DNA of 64,000 nt from an uncultured Phycisphaerales bacterium (GCA_964537035.1 CAZIAK010000004.1:81871-145870); one strand, 5' to 3'. Counted from the first letter of the stretch, positions 46,602 to 56,481 are shown. Notes: generated from the sequence alone by a model not told the origin. Numbers and translations: made by a program.

Positions 46602-48005
46602 TCAGGCGCCGGTCAAGCGGTCGAGCAGCTGCCTCACCGCCGCGATGTCCGGGATCTCATCGGGCCGATCTGCCGGGGACAGACCCGCCGCCGCGGCCAG
46701 GGCGTGAATGACGAACCGGGCCTGGCGTCCCTCTTGCCGGGTGGCTCGCGGTTGCAGCCAGGTCTCGAGCAGGGCGATGTCTCTGCGCATGGCCACCCCA
46801 GCAGAGCGATCTCCCAGGCGCAGCAGCATGGCCGCAGCGCGAAGCCGGGTCGGCCCGTCGTCGCTGAGCAGCTCGGCCCGGTGCTTCTGCTCCAGACCGT
46901 CGAGGACGTCGAAGTCGTCAAAGGTGAGATTGCTGCCCGCGTCCACGGCCCAGGTCGGGTCGCCGTAGAGCAGGTGGTCAGCCCAGAGCAGGCGCCCCGC
47001 TCCGAAACGTCCCAGGACACCCTCGCTGCCAGACTGCATGGCCCCACCGATGGGCGCGCCCCCGCCGAGTGCGCGATAGAACGGCACGGCGAAGAGTCGG
47101 GCCACCTCGTCCCGGACCTCCCACAGGGTGGCCACCACATGACGCACCCCAGCCATCAGGAAGGCGCTGGCCAGGCCACCGCTGCGGCCCATGGGATCTT
47201 GCCGGGTGACCAGCTGGCGAGCGTCCTCCGCCGAGCCGCAGGCGTTCAGGAAGACCAGCCCGGGCATGTCCACCCGGCCCGCCAGCTGCGAGAGCAGGCG
47301 CACGGAGAAGAGGCCGTCCGAGAAGCGCAGGGCCGACTCGCCAGTGGCCCCATCGAAGTCGGCGTGGCCGGCGTAGTGCAGCACATCGTGTCGGCTCAGC
47401 TCATCGCGAAACGTGCGCACACTCACATCGCCAGAGAGAATCGTCACCGGCCCCGCCGTGGGCCAGCCCTCGACGATCTCCTCGACCTCTGCGGCCTCGC
47501 GATGGGCGCTGGCCAGATCTCCGCAGGTGTCCGCCACGATCAGCACGGACAAGGGCGACGACATGGCCCGCTGCAGTCCCCGGGAGCGCTCATCGTCCAC
47601 GGTCACCAGGCGTCCCATGCGAAAGCGGCGTCCCAAGAAATCGTCGCCGTCGTGGAGCAGCTCCCAGGGGATGCCCAGGAGCTGGCGGTCGAGGTGCAGC
47701 ACCAGGTTGCGCCCCTGAGCCTCGGCGAACTTCTCCTTGAGGAAGTCGGGCAGCAGGTCGACCCAGATGGCCCGTCCCGCTTCGGTCAGCTCGTCGAGCA
47801 AATCGTCCTCGCCGGCGTTCGCACGGGCCAGCAGGGCCAGCACATCACGAGCCCGCTCGGCGACCATCCCCGAATGAAAATGGCACGTGCGCGAGGTCTT
47901 GATGGTGCTCTCAACCACCGAGCCCTCCTTGAAGGGCGTCACCCGGATGCTGTCCTCTGACTGCCAGAGCACTTGCAAGGTGACTTTCTGCTCAGTGGGA
48001 CGCAT
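46602..48005 (-). CDS. CHAT-domain (caspase-like) protease with small N-terminal domain and helical C-terminal tail
   Basis: 467 aa. The caspase-type dyad context is intact: DVLHYAGHADF (His214) and LVFLNACGSA (Cys256). WELLHDG typical of CHAT. No signal peptide. Confidence 0.75.
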   Translation of the reverse strand: MRPTEQKVTLQVLWQSEDSIRVTPFKEGSVVESTIKTSRTCHFHSGMVAERARDVLALLARANAGEDDLLDELTEAGRAIWVDLLPDFLKEKFAEAQGRNLVLHLDRQLLGIPWELLHDGDDFLGRRFRMGRLVTVDDERSRGLQRAMSSPLSVLIVADTCGDLASAHREAAEVEEIVEGWPTAGPVTILSGDVSVRTFRDELSRHDVLHYAGHADFDGATGESALRFSDGLFSVRLLSQLAGRVDMPGLVFLNACGSAEDARQLVTRQDPMGRSGGLASAFLMAGVRHVVATLWEVRDEVARLFAVPFYRALGGGAPIGGAMQSGSEGVLGRFGAGRLLWADHLLYGDPTWAVDAGSNLTFDDFDVLDGLEQKHRAELLSDDGPTRLRAAAMLLRLGDRSAGVAMRRDIALLETWLQPRATRQEGRQARFVIHALAAAAGLSPADRPDEIPDIAAVRQLLDRLTGA

Positions 48006-48013
48006 GGTCGGCG

Positions 48014-49507
48014 TCAGGGCAGCAGGTGAAAGGTCTCGCCCGGCAGGGCCTCGACACCCGGCAAGACCTCGACCGTGCCGCTGGGCAGCAGCACCCGGCG
48101 GGTCAGACCGTCGCTGGCCCCGATGACCACCGCCAGATCGAGGCCCGCGGCCACCAGGCGATCGGCGTCCGCCAGGGATGCCGTGGTGGGTTGCGGGCGC
48201 AGGCCCGTGGCAGGGTCCCAGGCCAACAGCACTCGGGCGCCCGCCAGGTCGGTGGCCAGCACCAGCGCACCGCCCGCCACGGGAGCGGCGTCGAGAATCT
48301 GGAACAGGGGCAACGCAGGCTGGTCCAGCGCGCCAGGCACACCCAGCTCGACCCGGGTCAGCGAGATGTTCTGGGCCAAGACGGCGCCGGCTTCTGCGGC
48401 GGCGACCGGGGCTGGTACCACCAGGGCCAGCTCATCGTCGACCAGCACGAGGCGCAAGGGGTCCACGGCCAGCGGATAGGGACGGACCCAGCCGGTAGAC
48501 AGGTCGTACACCGTGAGCGCACCAGGCAACCCTCCCGCACGACGGGTCAGCACCAGCAACCGCGACCCTTGCAGGACCATGTCAGCCACGGACTGATCGC
48601 CGTTGAACCCGGCGGTGAAGGGCATGGCCGCAGAGCCGCTGATCAGGTCGATCTCCCGCACCAGCAGATCGTCTTCGGCCACGAAGGCCGTGCGCCCGTC
48701 GTGGCTCACCGCCCAGCGCCGCCCGGACACGGGCTGGCCCAGGGGCTCGATCATGAGGTCGTTGTAGCGATCGTCAAGAAACTGCAGCCGTCCCGCAGAG
48801 GGCAGCCCCTCGAGTCCCAGGGCGTCTGGCCTGACGATGACGAACGCCGGGCCCGCGGCTGTGCTGTGGGCCAAGGCGTCGCCGTCGGCGTCGAGCCTGT
48901 AGATCACGTTGGGCCGTCGGTCCCAGGCTCCGGCGGAGCGCACTTCGAGAGCGCCCCCCTCGCGCAGCACGTAGCCCACCGTGCCGTCGGCAGAAAGAGC
49001 CAGACCGCGCACAGGCGTGGTGCCTGGCAAGGCTGGCTGGAGCACCGTCCCGGTGCGCAGGTCGACGCGCTGCCACCCGACGGTGGTAGGCAAGACCACT
49101 GCCGGGGGCTGCACCAGCAAGGTGCATTCCGCACGAGCGGCCGAGCCGAGAACCGAGAAGGACAGCGCGATCAGCCGCCCCGCATCGTCGGGGTCGTCGA
49201 GCAGCACGCGCAGTTCGAGCAGGCCTGACTCGTCGGCCACGCCCAGCACCTGCAGCACATCCCCTCGGGGACTGGCCTCGCCCCACACGCCGCTGGCCAG
49301 AGACTCCCGCACGGACGGCGGCGCCTGGGCTGCCATCTCGAGTTCGATCAGGATCGCCACGCCCGGGCTGCCCCCTTCGAGCACCAGGGCCAGCTCATCC
49401 CCCGCCAAGGGGAACGAGTGGTGCACCAGCAACTCGTCGCTGCTTTGAGCTGCAACCCGTCCGGAGACGGTGAGCAGCAAGGCGAGGAGCAGGGGAGCGA
49501 TGCGCAT
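48014..49507 (-). CDS. secreted beta-propeller-like hypothetical protein
   Basis: ATG 49507. Signal peptide MRIAPLLLALLLTVSGRVAAQ. Repeated segments of the type VRGLALSADGTVGYVL.. and RRWAVSHDGRTAFVAEDD.. resemble YVTN/TolB-type blades. The stop lies 8 nt before the CHAT start. Confidence 0.5.
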   Translation of the reverse strand: MRIAPLLLALLLTVSGRVAAQSSDELLVHHSFPLAGDELALVLEGGSPGVAILIELEMAAQAPPSVRESLASGVWGEASPRGDVLQVLGVADESGLLELRVLLDDPDDAGRLIALSFSVLGSAARAECTLLVQPPAVVLPTTVGWQRVDLRTGTVLQPALPGTTPVRGLALSADGTVGYVLREGGALEVRSAGAWDRRPNVIYRLDADGDALAHSTAAGPAFVIVRPDALGLEGLPSAGRLQFLDDRYNDLMIEPLGQPVSGRRWAVSHDGRTAFVAEDDLLVREIDLISGSAAMPFTAGFNGDQSVADMVLQGSRLLVLTRRAGGLPGALTVYDLSTGWVRPYPLAVDPLRLVLVDDELALVVPAPVAAAEAGAVLAQNISLTRVELGVPGALDQPALPLFQILDAAPVAGGALVLATDLAGARVLLAWDPATGLRPQPTTASLADADRLVAAGLDLAVVIGASDGLTRRVLLPSGTVEVLPGVEALPGETFHLLP

Positions 49508-49585
49508 GGCGTCAGAGTAACGAGTCAGGGCCAGGACTGTGGGACGTGAGCGCTGAAGAAGATCTGGCCGAAGGGGCTGAACCGA

Positions 49586-51178
49586 TCAGTCCACCAGGCG
49601 CTGGGGACGATCGTCAGCCTCAGCGACCGACGCCACAAGGGTCTCGACCAGCTGCGAGACCTTGGCCACCTTGTCGAAGTCGATCTTGTCGAGGGTGTCC
49701 CCCGGCTGGTGGTAGTCCTCATGTTCGCCAGCGAAGAAGAACACCACGGGAATACCCTTTTCAGCGAAGTTTGCGTGGTCTGAGCGGCTGTAGTAGCTGT
49801 CCACACGGCGGCGATACTTACCTTCGCCAGCTGACCAGCTCACACTCAAGCCCACCCCGGGTCCCGCGGCGACGGCCTGGGCCACCAGGGTGTTGTAGTC
49901 GGCGTGCTCGGGGGAGGGAGTGATGCCCACAGAGTCGGGATCGTTGCGACCGACCATGTCCACGTTGATGTCGGCGATCACAGAATCGATGGGTAACGTG
50001 GGGTTTTTGACCCACCATTCGGACCCCAAGAGACCTTTTTCTTCTCCTGAGACAGCAAGGAAGAGCACGGACCGGCGCAAGGGCTCAGCCCGACTCGCCA
50101 GGGTCTCGGCCACGGACAGCAGGGTCGCGGTCCCTGAAGCGTTGTCATCGGCGCCGTTGTGAACGGCTCCCTCGGAGTTGACGCCCACGTGGTCCATGTG
50201 GGCAGACACCACGATCACCTCTTCGCCCAGCTCAGGATCGTCGCCTGGCAGCAAGCCAGCCACGTTCTGGGCCCAGAGCTCATCGACGGCGACCTCGCCA
50301 CGCAGGGTCAGCTCGACCCCATCGAGAACAAGCCCCGGGGTCATGGGCTCCTCGGCCCGTTCGGTGAGTTCGGTCTGGAAATCGAGTCCTGCTGCGGCGA
50401 GCAGGGCCTCGGAGAGCCGTGGCTCGGGGTAGACCCGCACCAACGAGGTCGGGCTCGCGGTCGCTCCGCCCAGCACCAGTCGGGCGTGGGTCGCCGAGCG
50501 CCTCAACCAACTGCGCGTGCGCGCCGCCTGCTTGTCGTCTTCACCGCTCAGCAAGATCAGCCCCAGGCCACCCCGCTCTTCCACAGCATCGCGCTTGGTC
50601 CCTGAATGGACCCGTTCGTCGAGCCCTTCGAAGCCAGGAGGCACGCCGGTGAAGACAGCGACGAAGCGGCCCTCGATGGGCAGGCCGGCCAGCTGGTCGA
50701 GGCCGGACTCGCTGTCCACGACTCCATGACCCGCGAAGACCACTTCTCCTAGAAGGTCAAGCGGCTCGGCACCCAAACCCCGCAAGGTGTAGTCGTCGAT
50801 GGGAGCCCACGGCTCGGCACCACCGAAGCTCAGCTCAAGGGAGTCGAGGTCGAGCTGGCTGCGGTGCAGGGGGTAGTCCTGGGTGTACAGGCCCCCTCCC
50901 CCTGCGGGAGCCAGGCCCAACCCCCTCATCACAGAGGCCAGGTAGGCCGCCGTGATCTCTCCTTCGATGGTGCCGGTCTCCCGGCCTCCCATGGCATCGG
51001 AGGCCAGGAAGCCCATGTGGGCTTCGATGCGCTGCCGAATCGTGGTGCGCAGGGGCGCTGGGGTGGTGACCCCGCCAGCGCTGGCAAACGACGCGAGGGG
51101 TGCTGCGGTCTGGGCCTGGGTGCCGGAGCAGCCCACGAGCAACACAGAGAGAAGGGTTCGGGTAAGCAACGGGGTCAC
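49586..51178 (-). CDS. M28-family aminopeptidase lipoprotein with PA domain
   Basis: Track ORF trimmed to GTG 51178, preceded by AAGGAG with a 9-nt spacer. LLSVLLVGC lipobox. VIVVSAHMDHVG, NGADDNASGTATLLSVAE and FLAVSGEEKGLLGS. Confidence 0.8.
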   Translation of the reverse strand: MTPLLTRTLLSVLLVGCSGTQAQTAAPLASFASAGGVTTPAPLRTTIRQRIEAHMGFLASDAMGGRETGTIEGEITAAYLASVMRGLGLAPAGGGGLYTQDYPLHRSQLDLDSLELSFGGAEPWAPIDDYTLRGLGAEPLDLLGEVVFAGHGVVDSESGLDQLAGLPIEGRFVAVFTGVPPGFEGLDERVHSGTKRDAVEERGGLGLILLSGEDDKQAARTRSWLRRSATHARLVLGGATASPTSLVRVYPEPRLSEALLAAAGLDFQTELTERAEEPMTPGLVLDGVELTLRGEVAVDELWAQNVAGLLPGDDPELGEEVIVVSAHMDHVGVNSEGAVHNGADDNASGTATLLSVAETLASRAEPLRRSVLFLAVSGEEKGLLGSEWWVKNPTLPIDSVIADINVDMVGRNDPDSVGITPSPEHADYNTLVAQAVAAGPGVGLSVSWSAGEGKYRRRVDSYYSRSDHANFAEKGIPVVFFFAGEHEDYHQPGDTLDKIDFDKVAKVSQLVETLVASVAEADDRPQRLVD

Positions 51179-51228
51179 GAAGACAATCTCCTTTGTGGTC
51201 GTAGGGCGCCGTGGCGCGCCGTGCAAGG

Positions 51229-52386
51229 TCAGTCGTTTCGAGGGTCGATCTGCAACACACGACCCTGGGCAACAAACACCATCATGGGGCCGTCGCCCAC
51301 GAACAGCGGCCCCTGGAGCAATCCTCCGCCCAGGCGCTCGAAGTCGTAGACAGCTCGACCCACCTCGAAGTCAAAAAGGTATAGCGCCTCATCGATGGGT
51401 TTCGCTTCGTCCTCGCTGAAGGTCGCCTGACAGTACGCCAGATAACGGCCATCATGGGAACTGGTGACATGAAAGTGGTGGATGGCTCCGGTAGAGATGC
51501 CGTAGCGCCCGCCGCCACGCAGATGGGTCTGCATGAGCTGCAGATAGCCCTCGTTGTCCCGAACCGGCGCCACCATGAGCAGCGGGTCCCCCCGAAAGCC
51601 CGCCGAGAAGGGCACCCGCTCCGAGTAGCCCAGGTTGCCCGAGGCCATGAACGAGAAGCGCCCGGAGTCGAGTTCCAGGCGGAAGATGCCCTTGGTGGGG
51701 CCATCGAGAATCAGGGCGTCGCCCTCGGGGGAGAAGACGCCGAAGCCCCCCGAGCAGTCCGCGGCGGTGACCCGGCGTGCCGAGCCATCGTCAAACACCC
51801 AGGCTTCCCAGCACTCGTGGCCCAGATAGGCAAGGGCCCGCCGAGCCCGGCTCAGCAAGACCTCGGCCCCCTGGGGCAGTGAAGCCAGGCCCTCGGCGTC
51901 GGACAGCTCCAGCCAGCCCTCGCCGTCGTCGGCGATCACGACCAACCGTCGGCCGCCCTCGCCCTGGGCAGACAGCACCGGGAGATCGCTGCCGTCCAGG
52001 CCCACCAGCTCCCAGTCCATGCCCCCATCACCTGCCGGAAGGTCGGGGCCACTCTGCACCACGCCGTCCTGACCCACGCGCACCAACCCGGTGGGCAGCA
52101 GGGCCATGGCCGAACCGTCGGAGGCCAGGGCGGGCAGACCGATCAGCCCCGCTGGCAGGGCCCACTCCCCGACGGGCGACGTCTCGTCGGCGCTGAGAGA
52201 GCGCCATCCCTGGCCATCGCCCACCAGAAAGCGGCCCACACCGGGGCGGCCGATGAGCTTGTCCCCGGAGCCCAGATCCACGGGTTCGAGTCCCGAGGAG
52301 GACAGCCAAAGCAGCACTGCGGCGAGGATTCCAGCAGAAACGACAAGCCGGGCAACACGGCCCAGGCTGAGAGGAGTGCGGGTCAT
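51229..52386 (-). CDS. membrane-anchored TolB/WD40-like beta-propeller hypothetical protein
   Basis: Trimmed to ATG 52386 (MTRTPLSLGRVARLVVSAGILAAVLLWL, an N-terminal TM). Blade-like segments VFSPEGDALILDG and VTSSHDGRYLAYCQ. The stop is 2 nt before the TTG (51226) that opens the downstream M28 track ORF. Confidence 0.4.
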   Translation of the reverse strand: MTRTPLSLGRVARLVVSAGILAAVLLWLSSSGLEPVDLGSGDKLIGRPGVGRFLVGDGQGWRSLSADETSPVGEWALPAGLIGLPALASDGSAMALLPTGLVRVGQDGVVQSGPDLPAGDGGMDWELVGLDGSDLPVLSAQGEGGRRLVVIADDGEGWLELSDAEGLASLPQGAEVLLSRARRALAYLGHECWEAWVFDDGSARRVTAADCSGGFGVFSPEGDALILDGPTKGIFRLELDSGRFSFMASGNLGYSERVPFSAGFRGDPLLMVAPVRDNEGYLQLMQTHLRGGGRYGISTGAIHHFHVTSSHDGRYLAYCQATFSEDEAKPIDEALYLFDFEVGRAVYDFERLGGGLLQGPLFVGDGPMMVFVAQGRVLQIDPRND

Positions 52387-52445
52387 CGGTGGTCGGTCCA
52401 AGGCAGAAGCCCACCAAGCTAAGGGTTTGCTAGCCTTCCGGCGAT

Positions 52446-54005
52446 ATGTCCGGACGGGTCTTTCTGCTCTTCATCGTCCTCAACGTAGCCGCGGGTGTGG
52501 TGTTCCTCTCCGATTCCGGACCGGGATTCCCGCTCGACGACACGTGGGTGCACATGGTGTATGCCCGGGCCTTGGGCCTGGGTCAGGGTTTCGCCTACAA
52601 CCCGGGCCAGCTCGAGACCGGCATCTCGGCGCCCCTGTGGACCACTCTGCTGGCGGTCCCCGTGGCCCTGGCCGACTTCCTGAATCAGCGCCCGGACCTC
52701 GCGGTCAGGATCTTCTCCGGCCTGGTAGGGCTGGCCATGGCGGTGGTGGCCTGGCGCCTGGCCTCGCCCTCTGGCCGCTGGCCCGCCACCTGCGCCGCCC
52801 TGGCCATGACCTTCGACCCGCTCATGCTCTTCGAGCGCTACTCGGGCATGGAGCAGCCTCTCTTCGGCCTGCTCACCCTGCTGCTCCTCGACGCCATGCT
52901 GTCCGAGCGACCGGCGCGAGCGGGGCTGCTCAGCGGCCTGCTCGTCCTGACCCGCCCCGAGGGCCTGCTCTTCGCGGCCATCGCGGGCCTGTGGATGGTG
53001 CGACATCGCCTGCCGATCCTGCCGTTTCTCGGCCGGGTCGTGCTCTGCGTGGCGCCCTGGGTGCTCTACTGCCAGGTGGTGGCCGATTCGCCCCTGCCCT
53101 CGACCGTGGTGAACAAGGCGGTCTTCGTCCCCCACTGGCAGCCCATCTGGCGCGCGCTCTCGGCCCTCTTCGCCGAGACCGGCTGGGGCTGGGCCCTGCC
53201 ACTGACCGCCGCCGTGGGCCTCTATGTCCTGGAGGGCGGCCGGCGCAACCTGGGGCGGCTGGCCCTGGCCATGGGCTTCGTGCTCCTGCCCGCGGTCTTG
53301 CTCACCCGGGTCATCGAGACCCACGGAGAGCCGCCCCAGGTGCCCTACTACTGGGCCCGCTACGCCTTGCTGGCCTGGCCGCTGATTCTCTTCGTGGCCA
53401 GTGTGGGCGTGGCCTCCATGGTGCGCACCGCCTATGCCGGCACCCGCTGCCAGCCGCTCTTCGCCGCCCTGCTCATCGGTCCCGGCCTGGTCATGGCCTT
53501 CTTGGGCCGGCAGCTGCCCGCGCAGGCCGAGCACCTGGCAGGACAGTTCGCCGCCCAGTGCAGCGACGTCGAGACCCTGAACGTGAGCTCGGCGCTCTGG
53601 GTCGCCGAGAACCTGCCCGCGGACGCGGTCCTGCTCACCCATGACGCAGGAGCCTTGCGCTTCTTCGGCAAGCACCGGGTCATCGACATCTGGGGCAACC
53701 ACAACACGACCCTGCGGCACATTCTCGACAGGCAGGGCGGCGCTGGCGTGGCGGCCTGGTTGAAGAGCCAGGACCCGGACGCCCTGGTGGTCTTCCCCAT
53801 GTTGTTCGCCCGCAACCACGCCCCCGAATGGAAGCAGCTGTACACCACCCTGCCCGCCCAGGAGTACAACGCTCTCTACGCCCAGGCTGACGACTACGCC
53901 TCACTGCTGGGTCTGACCCGTCGGGCGCAACAGTTTCACGTCGAAGATCCCGCCGTGGTGCCCAGCCCGCTCCACGGGGACATGGTCGTCTTCGTCAGGC
54001 CATGA
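52446..54005 (+). CDS. polytopic membrane protein, GT-C-fold glycosyltransferase-like
   Basis: About 12 predicted TM segments. An acidic motif lies in the first extracytoplasmic loop (GFPLDDTWVHMVYARAL). A soluble C-terminal domain follows. Confidence 0.5.
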   Translation: MSGRVFLLFIVLNVAAGVVFLSDSGPGFPLDDTWVHMVYARALGLGQGFAYNPGQLETGISAPLWTTLLAVPVALADFLNQRPDLAVRIFSGLVGLAMAVVAWRLASPSGRWPATCAALAMTFDPLMLFERYSGMEQPLFGLLTLLLLDAMLSERPARAGLLSGLLVLTRPEGLLFAAIAGLWMVRHRLPILPFLGRVVLCVAPWVLYCQVVADSPLPSTVVNKAVFVPHWQPIWRALSALFAETGWGWALPLTAAVGLYVLEGGRRNLGRLALAMGFVLLPAVLLTRVIETHGEPPQVPYYWARYALLAWPLILFVASVGVASMVRTAYAGTRCQPLFAALLIGPGLVMAFLGRQLPAQAEHLAGQFAAQCSDVETLNVSSALWVAENLPADAVLLTHDAGALRFFGKHRVIDIWGNHNTTLRHILDRQGGAGVAAWLKSQDPDALVVFPMLFARNHAPEWKQLYTTLPAQEYNALYAQADDYASLLGLTRRAQQFHVEDPAVVPSPLHGDMVVFVRP

Positions 54006-56314
54006 GCCCCAGCGCCCAGCCAACCCGACCCGGGGCCGCTGATCCCCACGCACCCGGTCCACCGTCAGGGCAGCTCATGACCCGCCGCTCGCTGTGGCTC
54101 ATCGCCCTGGTGGCCCTGGCCGTGCGCCTCAGCTTCTCTCTCGCCCTGTCTGCAGACGAGGGGCCCGTGGGCACCCTCTCCGCCCACTTGCTCGGGGACG
54201 AGCGGGCCTACGATGCCTTCGCCCGAGACGTGGCGGCGGGCGACAACCAGCGCACCCGAGCCTTCTACCAGGCCCCTGCCTATCCGTGGTTGCTCGGCCA
54301 GCTCTACCGGGCCTGGCCCCCTCCCGCCGACAACCCCGACGACTCCGTGGTGGCCCACGCCCCTGTGCATCGAGGCGTGTTCGCGGCGCAACACCTGGCG
54401 GGCATCCTCACCGCGCTGCTCACGGCCGTACTGGCCTGCCGGGTGCTTTCACCGCGGGCGGGCCTGCTGGCCGGGCTCATGGCAGCCCTGTCAGGCCCCC
54501 TGGTCTTTCACGAGACCATGCTGCTCAAGTCGAGCCTGTCCATGCTGGTCTTCGTGGCCAGCCTGCACCTGTGGCTCGACCTGTTGGAGCGCGGCAGGTC
54601 CGGCCGCGGCGCGACCCGGCGCGCCGCCCTGCTCGGGCTCTCGTTGGGTCTGGGCGTTCTCCTCAGAGGCAACATGCTGCTGCTCGTGGCACTGGTCCTC
54701 GCCTCTCTCGTCTGGCCCCTCGGCGGTGGACGACGGCTCTGGCGCCAGGCCCTCGTGGTCGGCGTCTGCGCCCTCGCAGCCCTCTCCCCGGTGACCATTC
54801 ACAACCTGGCCCGGGGCGACCTGGTGCTGAGCACCTATCAGGCCGGCACGAACGCGGCCATCGGACAACCCCTCAACGGCAGCTGGGCTGATGGGCTGAT
54901 CTACCAGCCCCTGCGGGCCGGGCGGGGCGACGCTCGCTACGAAGAAGCGGACGCCATCGCCTTCGCCGAGGAAGCCACCGGACGCACCATGACCGGCCGG
55001 GAGATCTCCGCCTGGTGGTGGCGCTGGGTCGCCGACTCGGTGGCCAGCCAGCCGCTCATTGCCGCTCAGCGGGTGTCGCTCAAGCTCGTGCACCTGTTTC
55101 ACGGCTACGAAGTCCCGGACGTGAAGTCGTGGGCGGTCATGGCGAGCGCCGCTCCCTGGCTCTCGACCTGGGCCTCCGACCTGTGGCTCATCGGTCCCCT
55201 GGCCTTGCTCGGCCTGCTCGTGCTGCCCTGGCGACGGCGCCCCGGGCTGGTGGTTGTACGCGGTGGGCTCTTGGTGGTGGCCGTCTCTCTCGGCCTCTTC
55301 TACGTCATGGGACGCTACCGCCTGAGCGCCCTGCCCTGCCTGTGGATCCTGGCCGCCGGTGCCTTGGTGAGCTGGGCCGACGGGGTCGCTCGACGGGCTC
55401 GGCAGGCAGCCCACGGCCACGGGGGAGCCACGACCGAGGAGTCCACGGACCACGATCGCCCGACCCAGCCAGCACGCTTTGTCTGGGCAGCACTCGGCGG
55501 ACGTCCCGCCCTGGGGCTCGCGGCCCTGGCAGGGCTGCTCGGCCTCGAATACGGCCTGACCCTGCCCTCGGACGTCCAGGGCGAACACACGAGCTACGCC
55601 AACGCGGCCAGCATCGCCTGCGCACTGGCCGAGAACGCAGACGCCCCCGCCCTCGCCGTGCAGCATCGAGATCAGGCGGTGGACTGGGCTCGCCGGGCCA
55701 TCGCCATCGCCCCCGGGTTTCCCGCCCCGCGCAACACCCTGGTGCGAGCCCTGTCCCTGCGCACCGAGCAGCTCCCCCCGCGGCAGGACGAAGCGGACGA
55801 GGCCGCCTGGCGCCTGCTGCTGCTCATGGACGGCCTGCGCACGGGGAGCGATGTCCAGGACGTCCTCGATGGTCCCCTCGCAGCGCTGCAACAACGGGCG
55901 CTGCAGCTCAGCAACCAACCATCCATGGCGGGAGGCGATGCGTTCACCGCCCCACTGCTGGCCTTCGCCTGTCGCGCGGTGGCCCGGCAGCTGTCCCAAT
56001 CGACCGACACTGCCGAGCAGGCTCTGCAACTCATCGACCGCAGCCTCGCCCTGCAACCTGACGAGTCGTTCGCCTGGATGCAGCGAGGCTCGCTACTGCG
56101 CCGCCTCGGTCGCCCAGCCGAGGCGGCTCAGGCCTACCTGACCGCACTGTCAGCCGGCGAAGACTCCCCCGAGCTACGCAACAACCTGGGCAACGTCCTG
56201 CGCTCCCTCGGACGATTCGACGAAGCCATCCAGCAACTGCAACAAGCCCTGACCATGCGCCCAGGCGACCCCCTCATCCTGCGAAACCTCGAACAAGCCA
56301 GGGCAAACCGCTAG
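54002..56314 (+). CDS. GT-C (ArnT/PMT-like, family 39-like) glycosyltransferase fused to C-terminal TPR repeats
   Basis: ATG 54002 overlaps the upstream TGA (ATGA); an alternative ATG lies at 54077. Polytopic N-terminal half with LLGDERAYDAFA in loop 1. C-terminal TPR repeats: AWMQRGSLLRRLGRPAEAAQAYLTAL and NLGNVLRSLGRFDEAIQQLQQAL. Confidence 0.6.
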   Translation: MSPSAQPTRPGAADPHAPGPPSGQLMTRRSLWLIALVALAVRLSFSLALSADEGPVGTLSAHLLGDERAYDAFARDVAAGDNQRTRAFYQAPAYPWLLGQLYRAWPPPADNPDDSVVAHAPVHRGVFAAQHLAGILTALLTAVLACRVLSPRAGLLAGLMAALSGPLVFHETMLLKSSLSMLVFVASLHLWLDLLERGRSGRGATRRAALLGLSLGLGVLLRGNMLLLVALVLASLVWPLGGGRRLWRQALVVGVCALAALSPVTIHNLARGDLVLSTYQAGTNAAIGQPLNGSWADGLIYQPLRAGRGDARYEEADAIAFAEEATGRTMTGREISAWWWRWVADSVASQPLIAAQRVSLKLVHLFHGYEVPDVKSWAVMASAAPWLSTWASDLWLIGPLALLGLLVLPWRRRPGLVVVRGGLLVVAVSLGLFYVMGRYRLSALPCLWILAAGALVSWADGVARRARQAAHGHGGATTEESTDHDRPTQPARFVWAALGGRPALGLAALAGLLGLEYGLTLPSDVQGEHTSYANAASIACALAENADAPALAVQHRDQAVDWARRAIAIAPGFPAPRNTLVRALSLRTEQLPPRQDEADEAAWRLLLLMDGLRTGSDVQDVLDGPLAALQQRALQLSNQPSMAGGDAFTAPLLAFACRAVARQLSQSTDTAEQALQLIDRSLALQPDESFAWMQRGSLLRRLGRPAEAAQAYLTALSAGEDSPELRNNLGNVLRSLGRFDEAIQQLQQALTMRPGDPLILRNLEQARANR

Positions 56315-56481
56315 GACTCGTGTCGGCCGGAAGACACTTGCGAGAAAGCGCAGAACGCCAGAACCTCCACCTCATGAACACCCTGATGAGATGGAGAGGA
56401 AACTCGCAAGCCCCCGAGCGATCTCAGGGCAACGAGCAACAACTCCCGAAGGGCCACAGTTGCCAGATCTTCCACCGAGGA

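Noticed and set aside
54491-56056. 521-aa minus-strand ORF antisense to the GT-C/TPR gene. Similar long antisense ORFs occur at 44499..46154, 19118..20734, 38396..40168, 40903..42453, 52091..53644, 52419..53819 and 57379..58482.
   Set aside because: All overlap genes with clear conserved motifs on the other strand. All have the Arg/Gly/Pro/Ala-rich composition of GC-frame artefacts. There is no independent support.
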